Positions 45,395 to 54,061 of a DNA stretch of 64,000 nucleotides are shown here, one piece after another. Under the pieces are notes generated by a model, which did no database searches, was not told where the DNA came from, and saw only the letters and a list, made by a program, of their open reading frames with translations. The translations under genes and the position numbers were made by a program. Position 1 is the first letter of the stretch; each line of letters begins with the position of its first letter. Source of the stretch: Bdellovibrionales bacterium. Lineage in GTDB: Bacteria > Bdellovibrionota > Bdellovibrionia > Bdellovibrionales > UBA1609. The stretch spans positions 977,103 through 1,041,102 of the forward strand of contig OZ220488.1 of NCBI GenBank assembly GCA_965116155.1, read 5' to 3'.

Positions 45395-47272
45395 ATGTTT
45401 CACACTTCTCAAAAAATGGTTTTGGGCAAAATGGCTTTGGGGCTTGTGTTTTTTGTAGGCCTTGCTTTTAGTAATTTAGGCATCGCCGACACAAAGACCA
45501 CCACTACCGACTACACAAGCCAAATCAACCAAGCCGTGGACAAAGATGGCCGTACCGCTTTACTGACGGCGCTAGACGTATATCAAAGGTGGGATCTAGA
45601 GCTAGATAAAGTAGAATCTCTTCTGGCCGCAGGTGCGGACCCTAATATCGCGAATAACGATGGCTACACTCCGCTGATGGCAGCGAGCTACCATTGGCTC
45701 AAAAAGGAAATGAAGCTCTTGCTTGAGCATGGCGCGGACCCTAATGCAAAGGATAAGCGCGGTCACACTGCCTTGTACTATTTTATGCATCACGTTGGGG
45801 ATCAATTTGCCAACGAGTCCTATATGGAAATTAAGCACGATGCAATTTGGATGCAAGAACTCATCAGCGCCGCAAGCCTCTTGATTGAGGCAGGTGCTGA
45901 TATCAATATGGCGGACAAATATGACCGCACGCCCTTAATTTTTGCAGCACGAAGGGGCTACACGCGGTTGGTAAAATACTTGCTCCAACAGGGCGCTAAC
46001 CCCAATCCACAATCTAAAGTACATCATAGGCCCGTACTTTCAGGTCCACCTCAGAGACAAGATGGCGCTTCGGCCCTTATACATGCCATAAACGACGGCA
46101 GATCCGCTAAATCGGCAACTGCCTTAATTAAAGCAGGGGCCGATGTCAATGCAGTGGACGCCGACAACTACACAGCCCTTATGCATGCTGTTCAGTACGG
46201 TGTTTTGCACGGTGAGCTCCGCAACCTAATAGAGCCTTTAATTGACGCTGGAGCTGATGTAAACGCAGTAAATAACGAAGGCTACACTGCACTAGAAATG
46301 GCAGTATCCCTGAATGATCCGTATGCAGTAACACGATTGCTGGGGCGTGGACTTAGTTTGGGCGTTAAAACTGATGGCGTTAACACGACTAAGGCTATCA
46401 TTATGGCGGCTCGCGACAACTATGCAGAGGTGTTAAGAACTATTATTGACGACAGCACCGCCGATGTGAATGCAGTCCTTCACGACGACAGCATAGTTGA
46501 CACGCCATCGGGATCACCGGCTCTTGTGGTAGCGGCTGCAAACGATTCAAAAGATGCCGTATGGGATTTGTTATACGCAAAAGCTGACCCCAATAAAACG
46601 GATGCATCTGGAAGAACAGCCCTTATGCTATCAACCAGTACAGATGTGATGGGCCTTTTAATTAAGCACGGGGCGGATGTCGATGCTACTGATAACAGGG
46701 GCCAAACGGCCTTAATAAGGAGCATTATTGACCGTCAAGATACGAAACTTGCGCAGTTCTTACTAATCCATCGCGCGAACCCTAACGTAGCCGATACAGT
46801 GAACGGCAAGACTGCTCTCATGTATGCAGCAGAACTAGGTAAAGAAAAAACAGTTAAATACTTGCTTGCAGCAGGTGCGGATGTAAATTCCCTTGGCGGG
46901 ATAAGAACCTCCAGCAAAACCCCAGCCTTAATATACGCCGCACGTGCTCACAAAAAACAAAAAAGCGTAGGCATTGCAAGGGCCTTACTTGCAATGGGAG
47001 CTGATCCTAATGCAAGAGACCTCAGTGGAGACACCGCCCTTATGTATGCAGCCCTCCAAGGTAATAAAGAACTAATCTCTCTTCTAATAGCTAATGGCGC
47101 CAGGCTGAGCGCCACAAACAACGGGCGTACAGCTATGATGGTAAACCGGACAAACCTAACCAGATCCGAAAGACTAAAAATATCAAAACATCTATTTAAG
47201 CAAAGTCTAAAGAGCATAGATGCAAAAATCACCACCGCACCCTGTGCTAACTTGCTCCGCACTGGTACTTAA
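45395..47272 (+). CDS. secreted ankyrin-repeat protein (about 14 or more ANK repeats)
   Basis: AAGGGAG RBS. Signal peptide MALGLVFFVGLAFSNLGIA. Many G-TALM-A...G....V..LL..GAD.N units. The last 26 nt overlap the convergent gene. Confidence 0.85.
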   Translation: MFHTSQKMVLGKMALGLVFFVGLAFSNLGIADTKTTTTDYTSQINQAVDKDGRTALLTALDVYQRWDLELDKVESLLAAGADPNIANNDGYTPLMAASYHWLKKEMKLLLEHGADPNAKDKRGHTALYYFMHHVGDQFANESYMEIKHDAIWMQELISAASLLIEAGADINMADKYDRTPLIFAARRGYTRLVKYLLQQGANPNPQSKVHHRPVLSGPPQRQDGASALIHAINDGRSAKSATALIKAGADVNAVDADNYTALMHAVQYGVLHGELRNLIEPLIDAGADVNAVNNEGYTALEMAVSLNDPYAVTRLLGRGLSLGVKTDGVNTTKAIIMAARDNYAEVLRTIIDDSTADVNAVLHDDSIVDTPSGSPALVVAAANDSKDAVWDLLYAKADPNKTDASGRTALMLSTSTDVMGLLIKHGADVDATDNRGQTALIRSIIDRQDTKLAQFLLIHRANPNVADTVNGKTALMYAAELGKEKTVKYLLAAGADVNSLGGIRTSSKTPALIYAARAHKKQKSVGIARALLAMGADPNARDLSGDTALMYAALQGNKELISLLIANGARLSATNNGRTAMMVNRTNLTRSERLKISKHLFKQSLKSIDAKITTAPCANLLRTGT

Positions 47273-49421
47273 ATTTGTACTGAGTGCGGTCTAGGGGAGT
47301 GGTGCAAGTAATATCACCCGATTGACCTGCTTCGCATGCGTTGCAGGTCACTCGTCTGTTATCCACAGTGCATTCTGGTTGGGGATCCAAGCGCTGGCTG
47401 GGAGTGGATTTATCCCACACCTCCACCAGGCGGTGCTGGGAGTTTTGTGGGTCATAGGTGTCGTCGCTACCGTAATTTAAAGGATCGCATATTAGCTCCA
47501 CCTGAACTTGCTTCACTTGGTTTCGCGCGTGGATGGCGACACGCCTTAACATACTTGCAAAAGTATCTGGGCTGGCCACATCGGCCTTGAGACCGCCTGT
47601 CAATGCAGTAAGCTGGCGGTTAAAATGACCGTTTTCTGCATCAAAAATAGAGTGCCAAGTAAAGGACGTCTGTGATGGTGGAAGATACAACTCGACCTTA
47701 CTTTTGAACCTTTTAGCATGCTCCTTTGATATTACACCCAGTACAGACTGTTTTACACTTGGAGCAGGATTGCCATTTAACCTGTCCATGTTGTCATTGT
47801 CTTGATATACAGGATCGTACCGGTTTGTCAGTGCTATTACAGAAAGGTGGCGAAGGTTGTCAAAAAACCACAACCCTGTATGCAGCCGCTCGAAGTCTCC
47901 ATGAAGCTTCGGCAGTGAGCGGTGAACATTTTTTGAGCTCTGGTAAGCTTCTAGGCGGCTTAAAAAGCTTTTTCCTAAACTTGTGCCCCATACTGTATTT
48001 ATGCATGCAAGAGTGTGCTTGATGGAGTTTTGAATGTTTAACAAGCTGGAATCATTATGCCCAGAGCTACGGTTTAAAACATAAATATTACCTAGATTGT
48101 TTTCCCACCGTTCCTGCGCAAGCCCTCCCCCAGCACCAAAAAAAGCCGCAGGGTAGCCCATCCATTCGATGGGATCAGCCTTAAATGCATTTTTAAGCTT
48201 TGTTGCTTTATTTTCCGAGCGCCAAGGAGTGCTACACGAGGAGCTTGGTGGCGCGTTAGGGTCTACAAAAGATTTAAATTTAGTTTTTATTCTGTCATAT
48301 TTTTGTTCATAAACGGCTGCAGGAACAACGGCGACTTTGTAGTTCAGGCCTTCCATTGCATTTAGTAAGCGCGGCACACCATCAGATGATTCTTGAGACA
48401 GCCTGGTTCGCACCTCCCTCAAGCGACTAGAAGGGTCCACGATGAACAAAAAGCCTACAGGACCGGTTTGGGGAGCGGCGCTCGCTGTAGCGATAAGGTC
48501 TCGACGGCTGCAACCCAATCCATAGCACCAGCTGTGTTCTGCAACGGCGCCCTCATTACCCGCAGCATCTACGGCCTTAACTTCAAACTTATAATTTCCT
48601 GCACCGCCAGTGTGCGCCACACTATGCGGGCTTGTGCAATCCGCAAAACTTGCACTAGCTATTGCATCGGCTTTAGCTGCGCGACAAAGTGTGGATATCC
48701 GCGCAGGGTCAGGGCTAGATCCGCCCGTGTCACTGGGCGTAAAGTGCACCTGAGCTGTGGATTCCTGCGTAACGCTCGCAACGCTTTGGGCGGTAATGGT
48801 TACAGTGGGGGCTGCGGTGTCTTGTATGATAGAGTCTGTAATGCAGTCTGATACATTTTCTACCTTGATGCCAGGCCGTGTATTGGGTACGAGGTGTTTG
48901 TATTTTACAAAAACATTTAACGTCGTGTTCCCTTGGTCGTTTTCGAGAGATACCAAGTTGCTCATAGTTTTACTCGGAGCAAAGTTTTCGCAGGCTTCGT
49001 CTTGCAAGCACGCAGCATCCGTGTAAAAACACATGCGCGAGGCATCTGCTGCTACAAAGCTTACCTCTAAGGTACTGGTGCGCGTAAAGGACTTGCCGCT
49101 TTCAATGGTTACTCGGCCTGCAATTTCTTGGGGCTCAGGGGGAGGTGGCGGTGGGGGGTCGACGGGTCTTTTGCGTGGCTCAGCTGCGGGCGTTTTAATA
49201 AAGCTTATGTCTTCGCAAGAGTTATAAAAAAACGGCAGCGCCAAAAATCCACATGCGCCTACCAGCAGCGCTAAGCGCCCTAACTGAAAGGCCATGCCCC
49301 TGTGAGAGTGACTCTGTTTGGCGCGTTTTGTAGCCCTCTTGCGCCTAGGAGCCTTACGTGAGGATGTAGCTTTTTTTACCCCACTGCTGCGCCTGGAGGG
49401 TGGTTTTTGAGATTTTCCCAT
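47247..49421 (-). CDS. membrane-anchored surface protein with Ig-like and degenerate VWA-like domains (paralog of 36686-38458)
   Basis: Shares the poly-basic tail, LALPFFYNSCED, the Ig-like block (DTAAPTVTI...KFEVKAVDAAGN), and a C-terminus QYKFKYQCGAS that matches QYKFKYQCAAI. The MIDAS position reads VDPSSR. Confidence 0.6.
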   Translation of the reverse strand: MGKSQKPPSRRSSGVKKATSSRKAPRRKRATKRAKQSHSHRGMAFQLGRLALLVGACGFLALPFFYNSCEDISFIKTPAAEPRKRPVDPPPPPPPEPQEIAGRVTIESGKSFTRTSTLEVSFVAADASRMCFYTDAACLQDEACENFAPSKTMSNLVSLENDQGNTTLNVFVKYKHLVPNTRPGIKVENVSDCITDSIIQDTAAPTVTITAQSVASVTQESTAQVHFTPSDTGGSSPDPARISTLCRAAKADAIASASFADCTSPHSVAHTGGAGNYKFEVKAVDAAGNEGAVAEHSWCYGLGCSRRDLIATASAAPQTGPVGFLFIVDPSSRLREVRTRLSQESSDGVPRLLNAMEGLNYKVAVVPAAVYEQKYDRIKTKFKSFVDPNAPPSSSCSTPWRSENKATKLKNAFKADPIEWMGYPAAFFGAGGGLAQERWENNLGNIYVLNRSSGHNDSSLLNIQNSIKHTLACINTVWGTSLGKSFLSRLEAYQSSKNVHRSLPKLHGDFERLHTGLWFFDNLRHLSVIALTNRYDPVYQDNDNMDRLNGNPAPSVKQSVLGVISKEHAKRFKSKVELYLPPSQTSFTWHSIFDAENGHFNRQLTALTGGLKADVASPDTFASMLRRVAIHARNQVKQVQVELICDPLNYGSDDTYDPQNSQHRLVEVWDKSTPSQRLDPQPECTVDNRRVTCNACEAGQSGDITCTTPLDRTQYKFKYQCGAS

Positions 49422-49450
49422 AAGAGCGTGTCGGCAAAATTAAACCAAAA

Positions 49451-50159
49451 TTAGAGTGCTAGGAAAATGCCATGGGATTAAGCGCATCTTCCTGGTAACC
49501 CCTGAAAGGGGTGTCCACCAGGAAGATAAGCGTCCCACATGGCATTTTCCGGCCTATAAGGAGTCTATGGCCCTGTAAATCGAGTGAAAGCGGCGCACCT
49601 GAAATGAAGCTCGTGTAGAACAAGGCAAATAACCACGCCTGCGGCCGGATGCGCTTGGTTAAGGTGAGCTGAGCGGACTCGATTTACCACACTTCCGTCA
49701 AAGATATGAACACCTCTTGCATGAAGCGCAGCCTCCTTGGCTAACGCGTCTTAAGGCGCTGCCAATGGGACACATAGTCGCTTCATAGGTCGCCACATGC
49801 TCTGATGCTTACGCAGCTAGCGCTCTGATTTGGGTTTACTCAATGCACGGGGCCTTGACGGGAGTGTGGTAGCCTTGGGTCTATCGAGCACCCAAGGCTA
49901 CAGGCTCATAGATCCCTTATTAGCTGTCTAGCGCGCAAAAATGCTTCAGGCAGGACCACTTGTCCATCTGATGGCCCGCGCCTAGAGGCGCTATCAGCTG
50001 GACTGCGTAGGGCTGAAGTCATTTTTGCTGGCGCTTTTATGCTTACGCTTATAGGTCGCAGAATTTTCTGCGGGACGCTTGCTACCATCGCGGCCGCACC
50101 CTACAGGGTGCTGCGATGATAGCGCCGCTTTGTCCCAGAAAATTCTGCTAGCACTCTAA
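49451..50159. repeat. Mosaic hairpin-repeat array (about 0.7 kb)
   Basis: TTAGAGTGCTAGGAAAATGCC...GGCATTTTCC hairpin, reverse-oriented long-hairpin module (~49565-49715), GCTCTGATGCTTACGCAGCTAGCGCTCTGA, short hairpin GCCTTGGGT...ACCCAAGGC, TTTTGCTGGCGCTTTTATGCTTACGC, and terminal CTAGCACTCTAA inside the 3' end of the next ORF. Confidence 0.85.
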
Positions 50160-50904
50160 TACTGGTGTATTTCTCTATAGAGGATCTGAGCAAAAAAGTC
50201 GCATGCTTAAGTGATACGGCTTGGGTGGTTAAAAGCAACTCTATTGCACCCGTGCCATAGGCATCGTTATGCGCATACACACCGCGCACAAAATGCATCC
50301 CAAAACACCTCATAAGACCACGCCAAAAACAAGCCCACAAATGAGTCGCTATATGTGTAGAAGGCAAGCGCGGATGGTATTGCTCGAATAACAAAAACCT
50401 CACCACAGCATCTATTTTGCGGGTTATAAAAAACCCCGCCCCCATAGCCTGCATAATAAACAAACCATAAAAGCTCGCCCTATGGGTTAAAAAACACATC
50501 TGATACGCCAGCAGCGCCTTTATATCCATCGGCAGTAAATTATTCAGCAAATGCTCTGACAGCACAATATGCCCTTGCCGAGTAAAAGACGAAAACGCAT
50601 AACAAAGCACCTTTGTACCCGGCACAATATGCAAATGCGGCCTAGATAACTTAAAGCCTTTTTGTTGCAAAATTTTGTGCCATTTTTCTATCTCAACCTG
50701 CACCCCCCAAGGATCGCGCCCCAGTGTTACGGGCGGCAGCGCCGACACAGATATCCTATACGCAAAATAAACCCCATACGCCCACGCACCGAGCACCAGT
50801 ATAAAAAACAGCGCCCCCATCGAGTACAAACTTTGCCCCAACACCCCTGCACCCACAGCCATGCCAAAGCAAATCGCTCCCAATACCAGCGCACGCCAAC
50901 TCAT
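50101..50904 (-). CDS. membrane protein with M48/HtpX-like fold but degenerate zinc motif
   Basis: Start trimmed to ATG 50904. ALLAYQMCFLTHRA sits where M48 peptidases have xxxAHELGHxxxxx. The C-terminal ~20 residues are read from repeat DNA. Confidence 0.4.
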   Translation of the reverse strand: MSWRALVLGAICFGMAVGAGVLGQSLYSMGALFFILVLGAWAYGVYFAYRISVSALPPVTLGRDPWGVQVEIEKWHKILQQKGFKLSRPHLHIVPGTKVLCYAFSSFTRQGHIVLSEHLLNNLLPMDIKALLAYQMCFLTHRASFYGLFIMQAMGAGFFITRKIDAVVRFLLFEQYHPRLPSTHIATHLWACFWRGLMRCFGMHFVRGVYAHNDAYGTGAIELLLTTQAVSLKHATFLLRSSIEKYTSIRVLAEFSGTKRRYHRSTL

Positions 50905-50939
50905 AAAAGACTGGTCCTTTTTAGTGCACAATACACCCG

Positions 50940-51110
50940 TGAAGCCTACGTTGGCCACCTTGGCGCTCCTGCGTTGCAAATGGCTGCACTCTAATGCTTA
51001 CGCACTTATAGGTCACCAAAACACCTCTTGCTTTTTCGCTTGCCTGGTGCTCCAAAGGCGCTTTACCAGGTTGCGCTACACGGCACGAGGTGTTTTGACT
51101 AGTCTTTAAA
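50940..51110. repeat. Mosaic hairpin-repeat array
   Basis: GCACTCTAATGCTTACGCACTTATAGGTCACCAAAACACC...GGTGTTTTGACTAGTCTTTAA. Ends 1 nt before the stop codon (51111-51113) of the next gene. Confidence 0.8.
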
Positions 51111-51686
51111 CTATTCGAAAATCAAGTTGTGACTGACGGAAATTTTGGGCCCCTTAAACTCAGGGAACTTCGCACGCGAAAACACACTGAGCACACACTC
51201 TTTAAGTTGCGTGCTTCTTAAACTAGAACTCAGCGCATGCACCGAGTCTACCTTGCCCGAAGACTCCACACCCAAACGCACCAAAAGCTCACCACGAGGA
51301 AAAGCCTTTTTATTAAGCAGCTCGCGACTTTGACAGTTTTTAAACTCCACCGTCTGCGCGACTATGACTTTTTCAACATCCTGACGGCTCAAAGACTCCC
51401 GAGCGCCCACAGGCTCTTGCGCGCCCGCCTCCTTGGACTGATCTGCTACTCGCTCAGCCGGAGCCGCATCAGAAGCCGCGCCACTCCCCCCTTGCACATC
51501 CTTAGCACCAAGCTCCGCTTCGGGCTCGGCTACAGGTTGAGCCTTGTTAGTGGTCTCAAGCTGGCTTAAGTGCAAAGCCCACTGGTTTGCCAGTACCAAA
51601 AAGGTCAGCGAAACCACACACAAGGCACTAATAACAACCATAACGACCTTAGTTTTGCGCTCACGCGCCGCGCGCAAACCTGACAT
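51111..51686 (-). CDS. membrane-anchored protein with AgmX/PglI-type C-terminal domain
   Basis: Start trimmed to ATG 51686. TM anchor, a low-complexity linker, and a C-terminal ~90 aa (IVAQTVEFKNCQ...GKVDSVHA...LKECVLSVFSRAKFPEFKG) of AgmX/PglI type. Confidence 0.5.
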   Translation of the reverse strand: MSGLRAARERKTKVVMVVISALCVVSLTFLVLANQWALHLSQLETTNKAQPVAEPEAELGAKDVQGGSGAASDAAPAERVADQSKEAGAQEPVGARESLSRQDVEKVIVAQTVEFKNCQSRELLNKKAFPRGELLVRLGVESSGKVDSVHALSSSLRSTQLKECVLSVFSRAKFPEFKGPKISVSHNLIFE

Positions 51687-51871
51687 GTCACCCCACTCAC
51701 ATAAACACCCGCACCATAAAGGCCGGAACAGGCGCATTAATTACACCCTACATTATATGCTTCGAGAGAATTGACGCGCCACGCCGCAAGGCCCGTGCGC
51801 CTACAAAAGCCCAGGGGTCAAAGGACTAGCTGGGGGAGATTTTTGTACCTTGGTCGATAAGAGCCTGGCGC

Positions 51872-52297
51872 CTAGGGAGAGCCCTGTGCTGGTTCCTCTT
51901 TTGCTCTTGGTTCTGCCTCTTCTTGCAAACCCACGCCGGTTTGTTGTGGTGCGGCTGCTTCGCCCGCCTCTGCTGCGCCTGCTGTGCCGGTATCGGCACC
52001 AGGCATGGGGGAGGAAGAGGTGGTAGGCACGGTGTCAAATACGCTTGTGGTGCCTTTATTGGCAATGTACCAATTTAGGCTCAAGCAAGTAACAGCAAAA
52101 AAAATCGCGAGCCACTTGGTGACCTGCGCCAAAAAGCCCCCTGCACCGGCCCCACCAAAAACAGACTGCGAACCTCCCGTGCCTAAAGCTCCTAAGGCCC
52201 CGCCTTTGGAGTCCTGCAGTAGCACAAAAATAATCAAAAACACAGCCAAGGCCACGTGGGCCCAAGTGACCAAAAACATCAACAAACTGCCTTGCAT
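51872..52297 (-). CDS. secG: preprotein translocase subunit SecG with extended acidic tail
   Basis: FLIIFVLLQDSKGGALG...FGGAGAGGFL...KWLAIFFAVTCLSL is the SecG pattern. The ~60-aa C-terminal tail is low complexity. Confidence 0.8.
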   Translation of the reverse strand: MQGSLLMFLVTWAHVALAVFLIIFVLLQDSKGGALGALGTGGSQSVFGGAGAGGFLAQVTKWLAIFFAVTCLSLNWYIANKGTTSVFDTVPTTSSSPMPGADTGTAGAAEAGEAAAPQQTGVGLQEEAEPRAKEEPAQGSP

Positions 52298-52367
52298 GTT
52301 AACTCTCTCCCTCTAGTAGACTTTTATGGATGACTTTGGGGCCTGTCAAAACATAAACCTTATTATA

Positions 52368-53057
52368 ATGGCCTTTTTGGTTTTTGAAGGTATTGACGGC
52401 GCGGGTAAAAGCACTTTGATCCAAAAGACAAAGCAGTACCTACACGCAGAGCAGGGTTTAGATGTGGTGGTGTCGCGAGAGCCTGGAGGCACCCCTTTGG
52501 GCGAGGCGATCCGCCCCTTGCTGCTGCAAAAAGGGCCCACAGCCCCTTGCCCCAAGGCCGAGCTGCTGCTCTACCAAGCCTCACGCGCCCAGCACAGCGC
52601 ACAGCATATAGAGCCTGCACTAAAGCAAGGCAAGTGGGTGATAAGCGATCGCTTTGCCGCAAGTTCGCTGGCTTTTCAAGCTGGGGGGCGCGGCCTAAAA
52701 GAGCCCGACATAAAGTGGCTCAATAACTTTGCCACAGGAGGCCTGCAGCCGCATTTGTATGTTTTACTCGATCTGCCCGTTGAACAAAGCCTTGAGCGCT
52801 TAAAAAACCGCGAACAAAACACAAACATGGACCGCTTTGAAAGCCAAAAAGCAGCCTTCCACCAAAGGGTAAGAGAGCATTATTTGTCCCAAGCACGCGC
52901 AGCATCCACACGCTGGCTGGTGATAAATGCTTCTAAAAGCCCCCAGCACAAGCTGCATACGCTCGTTGCGCGCCTACAAAAAATGGGGCTACTAAATGAC
53001 CAAGCGCCCGCCCGTACCCCAACAAACACCAGAGCCGACAGCATGAGGGATGTGTGA
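52368..53057 (+). CDS. tmk: thymidylate kinase
   Basis: FLVFEGIDGAGKST P-loop, REPGGT, and the DRF lid region. Start trimmed to ATG 52368. Confidence 0.9.
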   Translation: MAFLVFEGIDGAGKSTLIQKTKQYLHAEQGLDVVVSREPGGTPLGEAIRPLLLQKGPTAPCPKAELLLYQASRAQHSAQHIEPALKQGKWVISDRFAASSLAFQAGGRGLKEPDIKWLNNFATGGLQPHLYVLLDLPVEQSLERLKNREQNTNMDRFESQKAAFHQRVREHYLSQARAASTRWLVINASKSPQHKLHTLVARLQKMGLLNDQAPARTPTNTRADSMRDV

Positions 53058-54004
53058 GCGCCATTTTGCCCGCTGCTTTAGGGCATGGGGCCCTTAAAAA
53101 CCAGCTGCAGCGCGCCTTAGAGCAGGGGCGCTTGCCCCATTGCATGGTATTTGCTGGCCCAAAGGGAGTGGGCAAAAGCACCATGGCCCTGGCTCTAGCC
53201 CAGGGGCTTTTGTGTACCAAGAACCATGGCACAACACTTAGTGCCTGTGGAAAATGCTACGCATGCGTAAGCACAAAAAACAAACAAAACCCCGCCCTGT
53301 TGTGGCGGGTACAAACAGACTCCACAAAAATCCATCTAGCAGTGGCTAAAGAGCTTATGGGCTTTTTTGGATTAAAAGCCATGGGCCAGGCACAGGTTTG
53401 CGTATTGGGCCCGGCGGAGGATATTTTGCCCCAAGCGACCAATGCTTTGCTTAAGCTGTTAGAGCAACTGCCTGCTAAAAGTTATGTGGTACTCATTAGC
53501 CACAATCTCAGCCGGGTGCTTAGCACCTTAAGGTCGCGCGCCATAACGCTGCGGTTTGGGCCTGTGGCGACAGCCCCAGGAAATATAGCAGAAAGCGCAG
53601 CAGGCAGAGCAACAACAGCACCAAGCCCTTTGCAACAAAAATCAGCTACGCTATTAGCGCAATTAGTGAGCACTCCCCAACACCAATGGCCCAGTTTGCT
53701 TTGGTCGGATGAAGTGCAAAAAATCGCACCCGACAAACCCGCACACCTGCAACTGGTGGCGTGGTGGCAAAGCTGGCTCTCGGGTGCTGTTAAAAATAAA
53801 CTCGATGGCAAAAGCACAAACCCTATGCCCGCCCACCCCGTGCCCGCCTATTTATCTAGCCCCCACCTATCTAATAGCTTAAACAGCAAAACCTTGGAGG
53901 AGCTTTTAACACTCTGCACAGCCTGCTTGCGTCTAGAGCAGCAGATACAAAAAAACTTGCGCCCTGATATTTGTTACCCATCCCTGAGGGTACAGAAGCT
54001 TTAA
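53054..54004 (+). CDS. holB: DNA polymerase III delta-prime subunit
   Basis: GTGA overlap with tmk. HCMVFAGPKGVGKSTMA P-loop-like region, the CGKCYAC zinc module and an SRA motif (TLRSRA). Confidence 0.75.
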   Translation: MSAILPAALGHGALKNQLQRALEQGRLPHCMVFAGPKGVGKSTMALALAQGLLCTKNHGTTLSACGKCYACVSTKNKQNPALLWRVQTDSTKIHLAVAKELMGFFGLKAMGQAQVCVLGPAEDILPQATNALLKLLEQLPAKSYVVLISHNLSRVLSTLRSRAITLRFGPVATAPGNIAESAAGRATTAPSPLQQKSATLLAQLVSTPQHQWPSLLWSDEVQKIAPDKPAHLQLVAWWQSWLSGAVKNKLDGKSTNPMPAHPVPAYLSSPHLSNSLNSKTLEELLTLCTACLRLEQQIQKNLRPDICYPSLRVQKL

Positions 54005-54061
54005 CGGCAGTCTGGACATTTTTGTTGGCACCTTGATGCTTACGCGTTACTCTGTACAGTT

